Part shown: piece by piece, positions 42,902 through 53,094 of the stretch | How the letters are laid out: every line of letters starts with the position of its first letter | Numbering within the stretch: position 1 is the stretch's first letter | Source of the DNA: Candidatus Latescibacterota bacterium | GTDB lineage: Bacteria; Latescibacterota; UBA2968; UBA8231 | Length of the DNA: 64,000 nt | Direction of reading: 5' to 3' | Assembly: GCA_965248265.1 (NCBI GenBank) | Contig: CBDFJF010000002.1 | Span: 3,712,001 to 3,776,000, forward strand | Program-made: the position numbers and the translations under genes | Notes under the pieces: generated by a model | Seen by the model: only the letters and a program-made list of their open reading frames with translations | The model's database searches: none | What the model was told of the DNA's origin: nothing

Positions 42902-43952
42902 GATGGTCTCCTCGCGCGCTCGCGGAAACGGCCTGAGTTGGCCTGGCCGACTGCTCACCCCGCACCACAGGTGCGTCGCGCACCGCAGGTGCGTCGTGCA
43001 CCGCAGGTGCGCCCTGAACCTGACGTGGGCTCGACTGATGATGGAGCGTGCCGACAATCAGCTGGTTGACAAATCGCAGATCGACATATGCCGGGTTAGC
43101 GACATCTCTGTAAACGGTTGGCAGTACTCGGGTCAATACGTGCAGCTGCTCGCCCAGGTCCTGCCCCTGAATCGGCAAGCGAATTTCCAGATCATCACCT
43201 CCAAGAACCACACTCAACGCGTCCTTTCCGAATGGCCGTAACTCAGAAATCTGACTGCTGAAGCCCGCGTTCTCCTGACGAGCCAGACCCCACCAGCCGA
43301 GAATAGCACCAAGCGTCGAGTCCCCTACCGCTTCCCCGGCCATCATCGTCTGAGCTACGTCTGCCTGCGTCTTCTTCCATTTTTCGAGTTGAAGATCCTT
43401 GATTACCGGAAGATCCAGGTCGGTGGACGTCTCCGAAGACAGCGCCTGCTCGGGTAGCAACACGCCGTGCTCATCCACGCCAAATATCCTGTCGCCGATC
43501 TCAACCCAGGCGTGCCGCCGGCGCTCGTCTACCCAAACCACCAGCCTGTCCGGCGGCTTGCGCTCCACGCGAACTGACCGCACCCATACCAGACTCTCCT
43601 CCAAACGCACGGCCACGGAATCCAGATCGACAGCGAAGATATTGTCTCCGACGGAGAGCCCACTGGCCCTGAGCACCTCATCGCCACCGAGCATCCGGAT
43701 ACCGCGTACTTCAAGAGCGACAAGGGCGAAACGCTCAGCGCTCTTCATCTGCGACATTGTTTCGACCCAACCTGCGTAGACCAGGGCCGCGACGAACACG
43801 AACAGACATGCCATGTAGGTCCGCCTGCTGCTGTCGCCAACCGGAGCAGGCATGGCAGCTGCGTCTCTATCGACCTGTCGTGCCCTCGGCCGCGGCCGTC
43901 CGCCAGCGACGGTTTTTCGGCGCAGCACAATATTGAGCAGGCCCGATATCAA
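42894..43952 (-). CDS. ftsQ: Cell division protein FtsQ/DivIB
   Basis: Single TM, POTRA-like region, YVDLRF motif; position between murC and ftsA. Confidence 0.85.
   Translation of the reverse strand: MISGLLNIVLRRKTVAGGRPRPRARQVDRDAAAMPAPVGDSSRRTYMACLFVFVAALVYAGWVETMSQMKSAERFALVALEVRGIRMLGGDEVLRASGLSVGDNIFAVDLDSVAVRLEESLVWVRSVRVERKPPDRLVVWVDERRRHAWVEIGDRIFGVDEHGVLLPEQALSSETSTDLDLPVIKDLQLEKWKKTQADVAQTMMAGEAVGDSTLGAILGWWGLARQENAGFSSQISELRPFGKDALSVVLGGDDLEIRLPIQGQDLGEQLHVLTRVLPTVYRDVANPAYVDLRFVNQLIVGTLHHQSSPRQVQGAPAVHDAPAVRDAPVVRGEQSARPTQAVSASARGDHRG
42961..43014. repeat. 3 x 18-bp tandem repeat, each unit palindromic, in the ftsQ 3' end
   Basis: cgcaccacaggtgcgtcg cgcaccgcaggtgcgtcg tgcaccgcaggtgcgccc. 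Confidence 0.85.
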
Positions 43953-45430
43953 CTCGACCTGCCCATACCCATAAAATCGTCGGCTAGTGAGCCGATATCA
44001 CCCGCACCCATCGTGAGCACGAGATCACCGGAACGGCTGACCTGGGACATACGCGAGAGCAGGTCAGCCCGCTCGGCAACGAACTCAACAGCGTCGAAGC
44101 CGCCGGCCCGCATCGACTCCTCTATGACGTGCGAGTCGAGGCCATCGGCCAAGGTCTCACGGGAACCGTAGACGGGTGCCAACAACACGATGTCGCTGGC
44201 TCGCAGAGCGTCTGCGAACGCTTCGTGAAAATCGCGGGTACGCGAATACAGATGCGGCTGAAACACGGCCACGATGCGGCGCCCGAGTGCGGCGACCGAT
44301 TCGAGCGCTGCCCGGATTTCGGTAGGGTGATGAGCGTAATCGTCCATCACCAGCACACCTCCGACCTCACCTTTTATTTGCAATCTGCGATCCACACCAT
44401 TGAACTGACTGAGGCCCCGGCGGATGGCCTCGAATGGCGTATCGATGGAATCTGCTGTCGCCGCCACGCCTGTGGCATTCATAACATTGTGTAGACCAGG
44501 CACGCTGAGGACAAGGGTACCCAAGCTCTCCCGCTCACGACGCAGGACGAACGTCGACCCGCTCGCGTGCAAATCGATCGCGTCGGCCCAGTAGTCATTG
44601 TGCTCACGACATCCAAAGCGCAAAGCCTTCACCTCGGAGGCCGATGATGCAACGATGCGCTCAACTCCGGGATCATCTCCGTTGACGACGACGTGGCGGG
44701 CTGTGTTCGCGATGAATTGACCGAACGCGGCATCGAGCGAATCGACGTCGGCATAGGTATCGAGATGCTCGGGCTCGACGTTGTTCACCAGGGCCACCTC
44801 GGGCTTGATGTGTAGAAAGCTTCGGTCAAATTCATCCGCCTCGGTGACAAAAAACCGGCCCGATCCCAATCGCGCCTGTATCCGCCCCGCGATCGCTCCT
44901 CCGATAAGCATGGAGGGATTGCTACCCCCCTCGGTCAGCACGGCAGCCAGCATGCTGGCTGAGGTCGTCTTGCCGTGTGTTCCGGCGATGGCGATGGCGG
45001 CGAACCCCCGTAGCAGGCTTCCCACCGCCTGAGCCCGACCCATGCATTCGACACCCAATCGTCCAGCCTCAATTCGTTCATCGTTTTTCTCCGGAATCGC
45101 AGCCGAGTAGATGACCAGGTCGGTGCCATGGACGTTTGCCGCCGAGTGCCCACACCGTGCCACGATCCCTTCCCTTCTCAAGGCCTCCAGAACCACCGAG
45201 TCGTCGCGATCCGACCCCGAGACTGTGCATCCCAGCTGGAGCAGAATGCGCGCCAACCCCTCCATGCCGGCCCCACCGATACCGACCATGTGTACTCGGC
45301 TGTACCGACTGAAAAACTCGACCCCCGCCTCCCGGCGGGACCCCGCCTTGGCGGATCCCGCTGTGACGGACCCTGTTCGATCGGACTCGTCCCCTGCTCT
45401 GCTCCCTGCCATCGGAGACGCAGACGTCAC
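43949..45430 (-). CDS. murC: UDP-N-acetylmuramate--L-alanine ligase
   Basis: GIGGAGM, GTHGKTT, EADEFD, DDYAHHPTE, FQPHLYSRT. Confidence 0.95.
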   Translation of the reverse strand: MTSASPMAGSRAGDESDRTGSVTAGSAKAGSRREAGVEFFSRYSRVHMVGIGGAGMEGLARILLQLGCTVSGSDRDDSVVLEALRREGIVARCGHSAANVHGTDLVIYSAAIPEKNDERIEAGRLGVECMGRAQAVGSLLRGFAAIAIAGTHGKTTSASMLAAVLTEGGSNPSMLIGGAIAGRIQARLGSGRFFVTEADEFDRSFLHIKPEVALVNNVEPEHLDTYADVDSLDAAFGQFIANTARHVVVNGDDPGVERIVASSASEVKALRFGCREHNDYWADAIDLHASGSTFVLRRERESLGTLVLSVPGLHNVMNATGVAATADSIDTPFEAIRRGLSQFNGVDRRLQIKGEVGGVLVMDDYAHHPTEIRAALESVAALGRRIVAVFQPHLYSRTRDFHEAFADALRASDIVLLAPVYGSRETLADGLDSHVIEESMRAGGFDAVEFVAERADLLSRMSQVSRSGDLVLTMGAGDIGSLADDFMGMGRSS

Positions 45431-46648
45431 TCAACTCTGCTGCCGTCGCCACCGGGCCGCAGGTGCAGTCACATGAACCAGATTCGCTGTCGCGCCGGGG
45501 CTCCGGACTGGTTGATTGGAACGGGAGCTCTGCCTGGCCACAGCGGCGAGAATGCCAATCCCGCACAGATTCCACACCAGCGACGATCCGCCGTAACTGA
45601 CGAATGGCAGCGGCAAACCGGTCGTCGGCAGCATGCCCGTGGCCACACCGATGTTCAGGACTGCATAGATGGAAATCATGAAGGTCATTCCGGCCGCCAC
45701 CAGGAATCCGAAATGCGTCGTCGCACCCCGAGCGATCCGATATCCATGGATGGCCAGCGCCACGAACAAACCGATGATGCTGAGGCAACCCGCGAGTCCC
45801 AGTTCCTCACCCACGAAGGCAAAGACAAAATCAGTATGGGCCTCGGGGAGAAAGTGCTTTTGGACGCTGCTGCCCAGACCGACACCGAACAACCCGCCAC
45901 TACCCAAAGCCGTCAAAGACTGGGTTATTTGATACCCAGCGCCTCGTGGGTCGGCGCCCACAAAAAAGCTGACTACGCGCTGCATCTGATAGGGTGAGCT
46001 GTACACGGACGCGGCGACAACTGGTGCCGCTAGTGCGATCGTCGCGATCAAATGGACGGTGCGTGCCCCGCCAATCCATAACATGGCACCAGCGATGATG
46101 CTGACGGCCAAACAGGTTCCCAGGTCTGGCTGCAGCAAAATGAGCACCTGCACTCCGCCGATGACGAGAATTCGCGGCATGACCCCTTGCCACCAATGCC
46201 CCATGTCCCGCTCCTTGCGAACCAGCACGTCAGCCAAGTACAGAACCAGCACCAGCTTCACGAACTCGGACGGTTGAAAAGAAACGGAGGACATAAACGA
46301 GGGCATGGGAAACGGCAACCAACGCTGGGCACTGCGACCATGACCCATGCCCAAAACCATTACCAGAAAAGTGATACCAACGACGAGAAGAGGAAGAGCG
46401 GCTCGCTGCCAGAAATCGAGAGGCAAGCGTGACAGTACGAGCATGATCACGACGCCGAATGCGGCGCGAACTAGCTGGCGCTCGAGGAAGAATCCGCTGT
46501 CGTCGAAATGTGTATCCGCGAACGCCGAGCTGGAGCTGTACACCATGACGACCCCGAGGCCGACGAGGATCGAGGCGATCAGCAACACCTGACGGGCATC
46601 ACCCTGTGCCTGCTCCGATGGAGACGTCGATGGAGACAATGTTCGCAT
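45431..46648 (-). CDS. ftsW: SEDS peptidoglycan polymerase FtsW
   Basis: MVYSSS, FQPSEF, QPDLG, PEAHTDF, LPFVSYGGS. Start placed at ATG 46648. Confidence 0.93.
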   Translation of the reverse strand: MRTLSPSTSPSEQAQGDARQVLLIASILVGLGVVMVYSSSSAFADTHFDDSGFFLERQLVRAAFGVVIMLVLSRLPLDFWQRAALPLLVVGITFLVMVLGMGHGRSAQRWLPFPMPSFMSSVSFQPSEFVKLVLVLYLADVLVRKERDMGHWWQGVMPRILVIGGVQVLILLQPDLGTCLAVSIIAGAMLWIGGARTVHLIATIALAAPVVAASVYSSPYQMQRVVSFFVGADPRGAGYQITQSLTALGSGGLFGVGLGSSVQKHFLPEAHTDFVFAFVGEELGLAGCLSIIGLFVALAIHGYRIARGATTHFGFLVAAGMTFMISIYAVLNIGVATGMLPTTGLPLPFVSYGGSSLVWNLCGIGILAAVARQSSRSNQPVRSPGATANLVHVTAPAARWRRQQS

Positions 46649-46672
46649 GTTTATACCGAAGTTTATACCGAA
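46649..46672. repeat. Perfect 12-bp tandem duplication abutting the ftsW start
   Basis: gtttataccgaa x2. Confidence 0.85.
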
Positions 46673-46839
46673 TCGATGGATCCGCTCCGTCGTGAACTCG
46701 CCCCATAGGTCAGGGTCGAAACCCTTGGCGACTCTTTCGACTGCGCAAATAGGGGTGAAACGGGAGAGGAAAAGAGGGCTTGACGAACGAGCAACACCGG
46801 ACCTGACCGGGGGCAGTCGGGATCGGTGAAATACCCTCA

Positions 46840-46869
46840 ACGGAAGCCATTACCTTGAGCGGCCTCCGT
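46840..46869 (-). terminator. Stem-loop just after the murF stop (no U-tract; possible pause or stabiliser)
   Basis: mRNA ACGGAGGCC-12 nt-GGCUUCCGU with one G-U pair. Confidence 0.35.
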
Positions 46870-46872
46870 GAT

Positions 46873-48285
46873 TTACAGGACGCGGTCTACAATCTCCTCC
46901 AGCTCGACACCTCGAGATCCCTTTATCAAGACGATATCACCACGCTTTGTGAATGATTCCATGAAGTCACCCAGCGGTGCCTTGTCTTCAAAATGCAAGA
47001 CTCGATCCGCATCGAACCCGTCCGCGATGGCACCTGCGACTGTGTGCTTTCCCAAAGGGCCAAGAACCACGAGTTGATCGACCCGGCTTGAGGCGATCAA
47101 CCGGCCGATCTCCGCGTGCAATTGAGGCGCTTGTTCGCCGAGCTCCAACATGTCTCCGAGCACGGCAATCCTGCGCCCTTCGACCTCGATTGTGGCCAAA
47201 ACGTCCAACGCCGCCCGCACAGACGCCGGGTTGGCATTATAACAATCATTGATAACACAAATACCGTTTTTTCGCAAGATTTCGGAGCGCATATCGACGG
47301 CTCTGAAATCACTCAGCGACGCGCAAATCTCGCCAACGGACACACCGCAGGAAAAACCGGCGGCAGCGGCGGCGAGCGCGTTGTAGACGTTGTGTTTACC
47401 CGGGAGCTTCAGATGAACTGGATGATGCTGTAGAGAGAAGTGGCCGCAGCCCTCCTGGTCGAGAGCAAGCCCCTCCCCACTGATGTGACTCCCACGTTCG
47501 AGACCGAAGCCAAGGAGTCTCCCCTTTGTCCTCATTGCCTCCTTGGCTACGACACAGTCATCGACGTTTACGAGAGCCACCGAAGACTCACCCCCGACAT
47601 AATCCAGGAGCTCCCCTTTGGCTTTGGCCACTCTCTCTACAGATTCAAAGAACTCGAGGTGGGCGGTGCCTACGTTCAGGAACAGCCCGATGGTCGGTCG
47701 CGCAATCTCGCACAGATAGCGAATATCGCCCATCCTACGCGCCGCCATTTCGACGACGGCCACCTCATGCTGCGCCGTCAGTCTCAGTAACGCTTTAGGA
47801 ACACCGATTTCGTTGTTCTCGGTGCCTTCCGTCTTGAGCACCTTGTATCGCGTGCTCAAAACGGCCGCGGTCATTTCCTTCGTCGTCGTCTTTCCCGCAC
47901 TGCCTACTATGGCAATGATCGGAATATCAAACTGCTGCCGATATCCACCGGCCAGATCACCGAAAGCCCGCAGGGTGTCGTCGACGAGCAACAGCGATCT
48001 CTGATCCCATTGACTACCGACCTGGCTGGAGCCCCAGTTTCGCTCTACAACGGCGGCTATGGCTCCACGCTGGAAGGCCTCATCGACGAAATCATGACCA
48101 TCGAAGGTTGCCCCGTCTCTGGGAACATCGCCCCCGCCACCAGGGCCGAGAGCAACAAACACCGCCCCCGACTTGATCGATCGTGTGTCGGTCGAGATCT
48201 CCTCGACCACGTTCGGTTCATATCCCTCACCCCTCCAAACCCCACCTGACCAGTGCTCGAGTTGCTCGAGCGTCATTCCATGCAC
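46873..48285 (-). CDS. murF: UDP-MurNAc-tripeptide--D-Ala-D-Ala ligase
   Basis: DTR, FDGH, GSAGKTTTKE, NNEIG, NDCYNANP, GDMLELG, KGSRG. Confidence 0.95.
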   Translation of the reverse strand: MHGMTLEQLEHWSGGVWRGEGYEPNVVEEISTDTRSIKSGAVFVALGPGGGGDVPRDGATFDGHDFVDEAFQRGAIAAVVERNWGSSQVGSQWDQRSLLLVDDTLRAFGDLAGGYRQQFDIPIIAIVGSAGKTTTKEMTAAVLSTRYKVLKTEGTENNEIGVPKALLRLTAQHEVAVVEMAARRMGDIRYLCEIARPTIGLFLNVGTAHLEFFESVERVAKAKGELLDYVGGESSVALVNVDDCVVAKEAMRTKGRLLGFGLERGSHISGEGLALDQEGCGHFSLQHHPVHLKLPGKHNVYNALAAAAAGFSCGVSVGEICASLSDFRAVDMRSEILRKNGICVINDCYNANPASVRAALDVLATIEVEGRRIAVLGDMLELGEQAPQLHAEIGRLIASSRVDQLVVLGPLGKHTVAGAIADGFDADRVLHFEDKAPLGDFMESFTKRGDIVLIKGSRGVELEEIVDRVL

Positions 48286-48320
48286 GTATCCGATTCCCTG
48301 TGCGCGTGCCGCAGCACCAA

Positions 48321-49814
48321 CTACCGTGTCTCCGCTATCTCGCGCAAGGTCTCGCGAGCCACAACCCGGTCGTCAAAGTCGATGACCTCGTCAGCCAGGA
48401 TCTGATACTCTTCATCCCCTTTTCCGGCCAGCACCACAACATCACCATCCTCCGCAGCTCGCAGCGCCTGTGCGATCGCCATACGGCGATCTGCCTGTAT
48501 CTCGACGCCGGCCGAACTCGCCATTCCGGCTACTATGTCTTCTATGATCTTTTCGGGTAGTTCACTTCGCGGATTGTCCGAAGTGATGAACACGAGGTCG
48601 GCGAGATTCTCAGCCGCCTGCCCCATCAGCGCCCGCTTGCCGCGATCGCGATCGCCACCGCAACCGAACAAGCAGATGAGCCTTTTCTTCGACAACTCCC
48701 GGGCCGAATGAAGAATATTCTCAAGGCCCACGGGAGTATGAGCGTAGTCGACGATCACCTCGAACGACTGTCCTTCGTCGACCCGTTCGAATCGCCCCGG
48801 CACCCCGGCCACAGCCGCTATCCCTTGAACGATAGCTTCTTCCTCCACATCAAGCGCCAGTCCACACGCTACAGCTGCCATTACATTAGAGCAATTGAAT
48901 CGCCCCGTCAACCGGGAATGGACCGCCAATGGACCCCGTGGAGTGTCGAATTGGAGGGTACTGTTCTTGGCTCCAATTTCACCTCCGACCCAGGCAACAT
49001 CGGCATCCGTCACGGAGCCATAGGTCAACGCCTGCCCTCCCAAACGTTCGGCCAACACGCGTCCCGCCACATCGTCAATGTTGATCGCGCATGCCGGCCT
49101 GTCCGAATCCCTCACCTGCTCAAAAAGACGGGCTTTGCTTTTAAAATAGGCCTCTTCCGTTCCATGAAAATCTAGATGATCTCGGGTTAAGTTAGTGAAA
49201 ACAGCGGCATCGAATTCGATTCCCACCACGCGATTCAACGCCAGCGCATGGGAGGAGACTTCCATGACGACGGCATCGCCGCCGTTGGCGTCGATGCTGT
49301 GCAGGTGCCGATGCAGATCACTGGCTTCAGGTGTCGTGTTGGACATTTCAATCCATTGCCCATGTTGATCCTGAGCGCCCAAGGTGCCAAGATACCCACA
49401 GAAGCGCCCAGCTGCCTGCAGAATCTCACGCACAAGAAGGGCTGTCGTGGTCTTTCCGTTCGTGCCGGTCAATCCGACCATGCTCAGAGCGTTTGCAGGA
49501 TAGCCGTAAAACCTGGCGGCGAGTCGGGCCAACGCGATTCGACAGTCACCAACCACCACGCGAGCGGCCGTCCGCGTCTGCACGGATTCGTCCTCGATCA
49601 CGACGGCTCGCGCACCGCGCACCTCGGCGTCCGAGACAAACTGGTGTCTGTCGGCTTCTTCACCCCCCCGTATGGCGACGAACAGGTCCCCTTCGCCCAC
49701 TCTGCGCGAGTCACACTCTATTCCTGACACAATTTGGTCCTCGCTGCCGTAGACGACAGCTTCCGGCAAATCTACCAGCAATTTCCGCAAAGACATATCG
49801 GACGTCTTATCCAC
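48321..49814 (-). CDS. murE: UDP-MurNAc-L-Ala-D-Glu--meso-DAP ligase
   Basis: GTNGKTT, MEVSSH, DHLDFH, DYAHT, DNPR (DAP-type). Start at 49814 or 49796. Confidence 0.95.
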   Translation of the reverse strand: MDKTSDMSLRKLLVDLPEAVVYGSEDQIVSGIECDSRRVGEGDLFVAIRGGEEADRHQFVSDAEVRGARAVVIEDESVQTRTAARVVVGDCRIALARLAARFYGYPANALSMVGLTGTNGKTTTALLVREILQAAGRFCGYLGTLGAQDQHGQWIEMSNTTPEASDLHRHLHSIDANGGDAVVMEVSSHALALNRVVGIEFDAAVFTNLTRDHLDFHGTEEAYFKSKARLFEQVRDSDRPACAINIDDVAGRVLAERLGGQALTYGSVTDADVAWVGGEIGAKNSTLQFDTPRGPLAVHSRLTGRFNCSNVMAAVACGLALDVEEEAIVQGIAAVAGVPGRFERVDEGQSFEVIVDYAHTPVGLENILHSARELSKKRLICLFGCGGDRDRGKRALMGQAAENLADLVFITSDNPRSELPEKIIEDIVAGMASSAGVEIQADRRMAIAQALRAAEDGDVVVLAGKGDEEYQILADEVIDFDDRVVARETLREIAETR

Positions 49815-49826
49815 GAGCCTTCGAGA

Positions 49827-51857
49827 TCAATGCAACGCGGCCAGCATTGGCCGTCTCAGCTTCCGCAAGAGAACCGCCTGCCTCAACGGCGTCGGCAGGA
49901 CCCCCGACAGAGCTACATTCTCGGCGGAGCCGAGCTGGCAATGAACAGCACCTTCGGCGCTGTTAACGCGATCCCCAGGTAACGGAACCTGATCGACGAC
50001 GAGCCCTCCCGACCCTGAAAACTGCACTCGGAGACCGCGCAAGCGTCCGCAATTCACGGCCGCCAATGGGCTCATGCCACGAAAATCGGGAGCCGCGGAA
50101 CCAGATTGTCCTGCTCCGTCAACCGCCACGGATGCGGATCCGATTGTATGATGGACTGGCCGCAACGGCGAATCTGTCAGTGCGGCCAGCCGCTCCATGA
50201 CGCGCTTGAACACCGGCGCCGCCACCTCACCTCCCCACTTTACTCCGCTCGGATTCTCGACGACGATGGCGCACAGAAGAACAGGTTTGTCAGCCGGTGC
50301 AAACCCAATGAAGGAGGCTATATTTTCGTCGGCGGCGTAACCGCTACCGTCGGCACGAGCGCGCTGGGCAGTCCCTGTCTTGCCAGCAACGTCCAGCCCG
50401 AACAAAGCGGCTTTCTTACCCGTACCTGCCCGTACTGCCGCGGCCAGGATCGACCTCATCTGGGCCGACGTTTGCTCAGAAATAACACGGCGAACAACCA
50501 GCGGTTCGTCGGCGACGCCCCGCTTCTCGATGTTCGGTGTCATCAGCAGGCCGCCGTTGGCGATGGCACCGAAGGCCTGCGCCATCTGCAGCAACGTGAC
50601 GGACAGCTCCTGACCGATCGCCAGCGTCTCGAGTGATCGCTCCGACCAGGTGCTGGTGCCGCGCAGCAGTCCGGTGCTCTCGGCCGGCAGGCCGATTCCC
50701 GTTCGCGTACCGAATCCGAATCGTCGGATGTACTCATAAAAGTCGCGCTTCTCCATTCGCCGCACGAGCTTGATTGCTCCGATATTGCTCGACTTCTCTA
50801 CCACCTCGGCCATCGTCAGGATGCCGTGGGGCGACACGTCCCTGATGGTGTCGTTGTTGACGAGAACCAGCGCCCCATTCTCACAGAAGACGGGGGTCTG
50901 CGCCTTGGCCAACCCTTCCTCCATGACAGCCGCCAGGGAGACCGCTTTGAACGTGGAGCCTGGTTCGAATGAGTCGGTTACCGGGCGATTTCGTCGCATG
51001 GCCGCCGGAGCCATGCCGGGATTGTTCGGATCGAACAACGGCACACTTGCCATGGCCAGGATATCCCCGGTGCGCGGGTCTGAGACGATTCCCAACCCAC
51101 TCTCAGCTCCCGTGCGCTTGATGGCGGCGACCAATTCCTCTTCCAGGACTCCCTGGTACATCGCATCAATCGTGAGCTGGAGATCTCCTCCGTCCTCAGC
51201 CTTGGCCTGCTCCGCGGTACGGTGTGGCAACGGAGCGCCATGTGCGTCGACGAACACGTGTGATTTTCCTCGGCGACCCTTCAACAGCGAGTCGTAGGCC
51301 TGTTCGACGCCTTCCCTACCGCGATTGTCGACATTGGTGAACCCAAGGAGTTGGCCCGCGAGGTGCCGCAGGGGGTAGTAGCGTGCGGTCTCCTCTTGCT
51401 CGCGCACCCCCTTAAATCCCCGCTTCCGAATCTGGGCGGCAGCGTCGTCTTCTACCTGTCGAGCCAAGTACACGAACGACCGCGACGAGTCCTCCAGACG
51501 CTGTTGCAGAGACGATGCATCGCGGCCATCCAATCGGGAGAAAAAGGCAGCGACCTCGCGCGGTCGCGCCAAGGTTGCCGGCCGGCAGTAGTACGATGTG
51601 GACGGCACATCCAGCGACAGCTCGCGGCCGGTACGATCCAGTACTCGGCCACGCCTGGCGCCGATCTCGATGACTTGCTCCTGTTGTTCCTTGGCTCGCG
51701 ACGCGTAAAACTCGTGCTGCACACCCTGCACCTGCACCAGACGACCGACGAGAGCCAGCCACACCACGGCACCCATCAGTGCAGCCACACGCAATCGACC
51801 TTGCCTGCGGCCTGCATTGTCCTGAGCTGCTTTCTGTGGCGTCCGCTTAACCATCAT
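49827..51857 (-). CDS. ftsI: Class B PBP, septal transpeptidase with C-terminal PASTA-like domain
   Basis: RG...DR, STFK (SxxK), SSN, KTGT. Confidence 0.93.
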   Translation of the reverse strand: MMVKRTPQKAAQDNAGRRQGRLRVAALMGAVVWLALVGRLVQVQGVQHEFYASRAKEQQEQVIEIGARRGRVLDRTGRELSLDVPSTSYYCRPATLARPREVAAFFSRLDGRDASSLQQRLEDSSRSFVYLARQVEDDAAAQIRKRGFKGVREQEETARYYPLRHLAGQLLGFTNVDNRGREGVEQAYDSLLKGRRGKSHVFVDAHGAPLPHRTAEQAKAEDGGDLQLTIDAMYQGVLEEELVAAIKRTGAESGLGIVSDPRTGDILAMASVPLFDPNNPGMAPAAMRRNRPVTDSFEPGSTFKAVSLAAVMEEGLAKAQTPVFCENGALVLVNNDTIRDVSPHGILTMAEVVEKSSNIGAIKLVRRMEKRDFYEYIRRFGFGTRTGIGLPAESTGLLRGTSTWSERSLETLAIGQELSVTLLQMAQAFGAIANGGLLMTPNIEKRGVADEPLVVRRVISEQTSAQMRSILAAAVRAGTGKKAALFGLDVAGKTGTAQRARADGSGYAADENIASFIGFAPADKPVLLCAIVVENPSGVKWGGEVAAPVFKRVMERLAALTDSPLRPVHHTIGSASVAVDGAGQSGSAAPDFRGMSPLAAVNCGRLRGLRVQFSGSGGLVVDQVPLPGDRVNSAEGAVHCQLGSAENVALSGVLPTPLRQAVLLRKLRRPMLAALH

Positions 51858-52153
51858 GGACTCACTCTTGTGGGCTCATTTCCCACCGTCAGTACGCGGT
51901 GCTGGGAACGATTCATCATCAGTTTGTTCTCGGCGATACTCCGGATGATCCCTGGCGTGCTTTTCTGCATGACCCTCGCCCGCAACTTCGATTGGTCTTC
52001 CATCAGGTGCTCGATTCGCCGCTGCGCTTCACTCGCACGCCTCGAAGCGTCCTCGAACTGCACCTTGCTCCAGACAAAAAGGGTCGTACTGCCGATGGCC
52101 ACCACCACCAGAGCAAGTTGACGAGCGAACGAGATACCGGACGCGCCCATCAA
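51854..52153 (-). CDS. ftsL: Cell division protein FtsL
   Basis: One TM plus coiled coil; canonical position between rsmH and ftsI. Confidence 0.8.
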   Translation of the reverse strand: MMGASGISFARQLALVVVAIGSTTLFVWSKVQFEDASRRASEAQRRIEHLMEDQSKLRARVMQKSTPGIIRSIAENKLMMNRSQHRVLTVGNEPTRVSP

Positions 52154-53094
52154 TCCAGCTTCTCGTACACTCGAAGGCGCGCGCTGCGTCCACGACTATT
52201 GCGTGCGACTTCGGACTCGTCAGCCCGAATAGGCTTGCGTGACAGCGATCTGAATTGCGGCCTTCGCCCGCAGGCGCAGATGGTCAGGCGCGGTGGACAG
52301 ATGCATCCCTTCATGAGCTCTCCCAATTTCACCTTTACCAGGCGATCTTCCAACGAGTGGTAGGATATCACAGCCAACCTGCCACCAGGTGCCAGCGCCG
52401 AAATGACCCCGTCGAGACCATCGCTCAACCGCTGCAGCTCCCCGTTCACGGCGATACGCACTGCCTGAAACACGCGGGCAAGGGTTTTGGTAAGATGCTT
52501 GGGACCTGTGGCGGCGACGGCCCCTCGTAGCTGCCCTGTCGTTTCCATGCCATCGCCGGCGTCTCGGCGCCGGCAGATTGATCGAGCAATACGTCGGGCC
52601 GATCTCTCCTCGCCGTATTGCTTTATCAAACCCACCAGGTCGGCCTCCGATACGCGCGCCAACAATTGGTCTGCAGGCACCCCAGAGCTGCAGTCCATGC
52701 GCATATCAAGAGGTCCGTCCTGGTGGTAACTGAAACCCCGCTCAGCCGTATCGATCTGATGTGACGAGACACCCAGGTCGAACAACGCCCCGGCCAATGG
52801 GCGTTCCCCCTCCCGCTCAGACAGGATCTGACCGATATCCGCGAAATCGCCATGTACTATCTCCACGCGATCGCCGAACGACTGGCGCAACGGACCCAGG
52901 TGAACGACGGCGTCGGAATCCTTGTCCAGCGCAATTACCCGCCCATCCTCTGCAAGTTCGTCCAGTATGGCGCGAACATGCCCTCCTCCGCCAGCGGTGG
53001 CATCGAGGAACAGGCCGGATGGGTCACCAACCAGATTGGCGACCACCGGTTCGACCATGACTGGGTCGTGGTAAGAGGTCTTATCACTACACAC
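52150..53094 (-). CDS. rsmH: 16S rRNA m4C1402 methyltransferase
   Basis: HDPVM, DAT.GGGGH, DLGVSS, PLDMRM, SYHSLEDR, RSARLR. Confidence 0.95.
   Translation of the reverse strand: MCSDKTSYHDPVMVEPVVANLVGDPSGLFLDATAGGGGHVRAILDELAEDGRVIALDKDSDAVVHLGPLRQSFGDRVEIVHGDFADIGQILSEREGERPLAGALFDLGVSSHQIDTAERGFSYHQDGPLDMRMDCSSGVPADQLLARVSEADLVGLIKQYGEERSARRIARSICRRRDAGDGMETTGQLRGAVAATGPKHLTKTLARVFQAVRIAVNGELQRLSDGLDGVISALAPGGRLAVISYHSLEDRLVKVKLGELMKGCICPPRLTICACGRRPQFRSLSRKPIRADESEVARNSRGRSARLRVYEKLD

Noticed and set aside
42961-43014. Possible CRISPR array (also considered for 39845-39922)
   Set aside because: Repeats are contiguous without unique spacers and too short, and there are no cas genes.
42902-43057. 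N-terminal extension of FtsA with HLRC repeats in the ORF track
   Set aside because: Alternate-frame reading of the ftsQ repeat; the SD supports a start at 42901.
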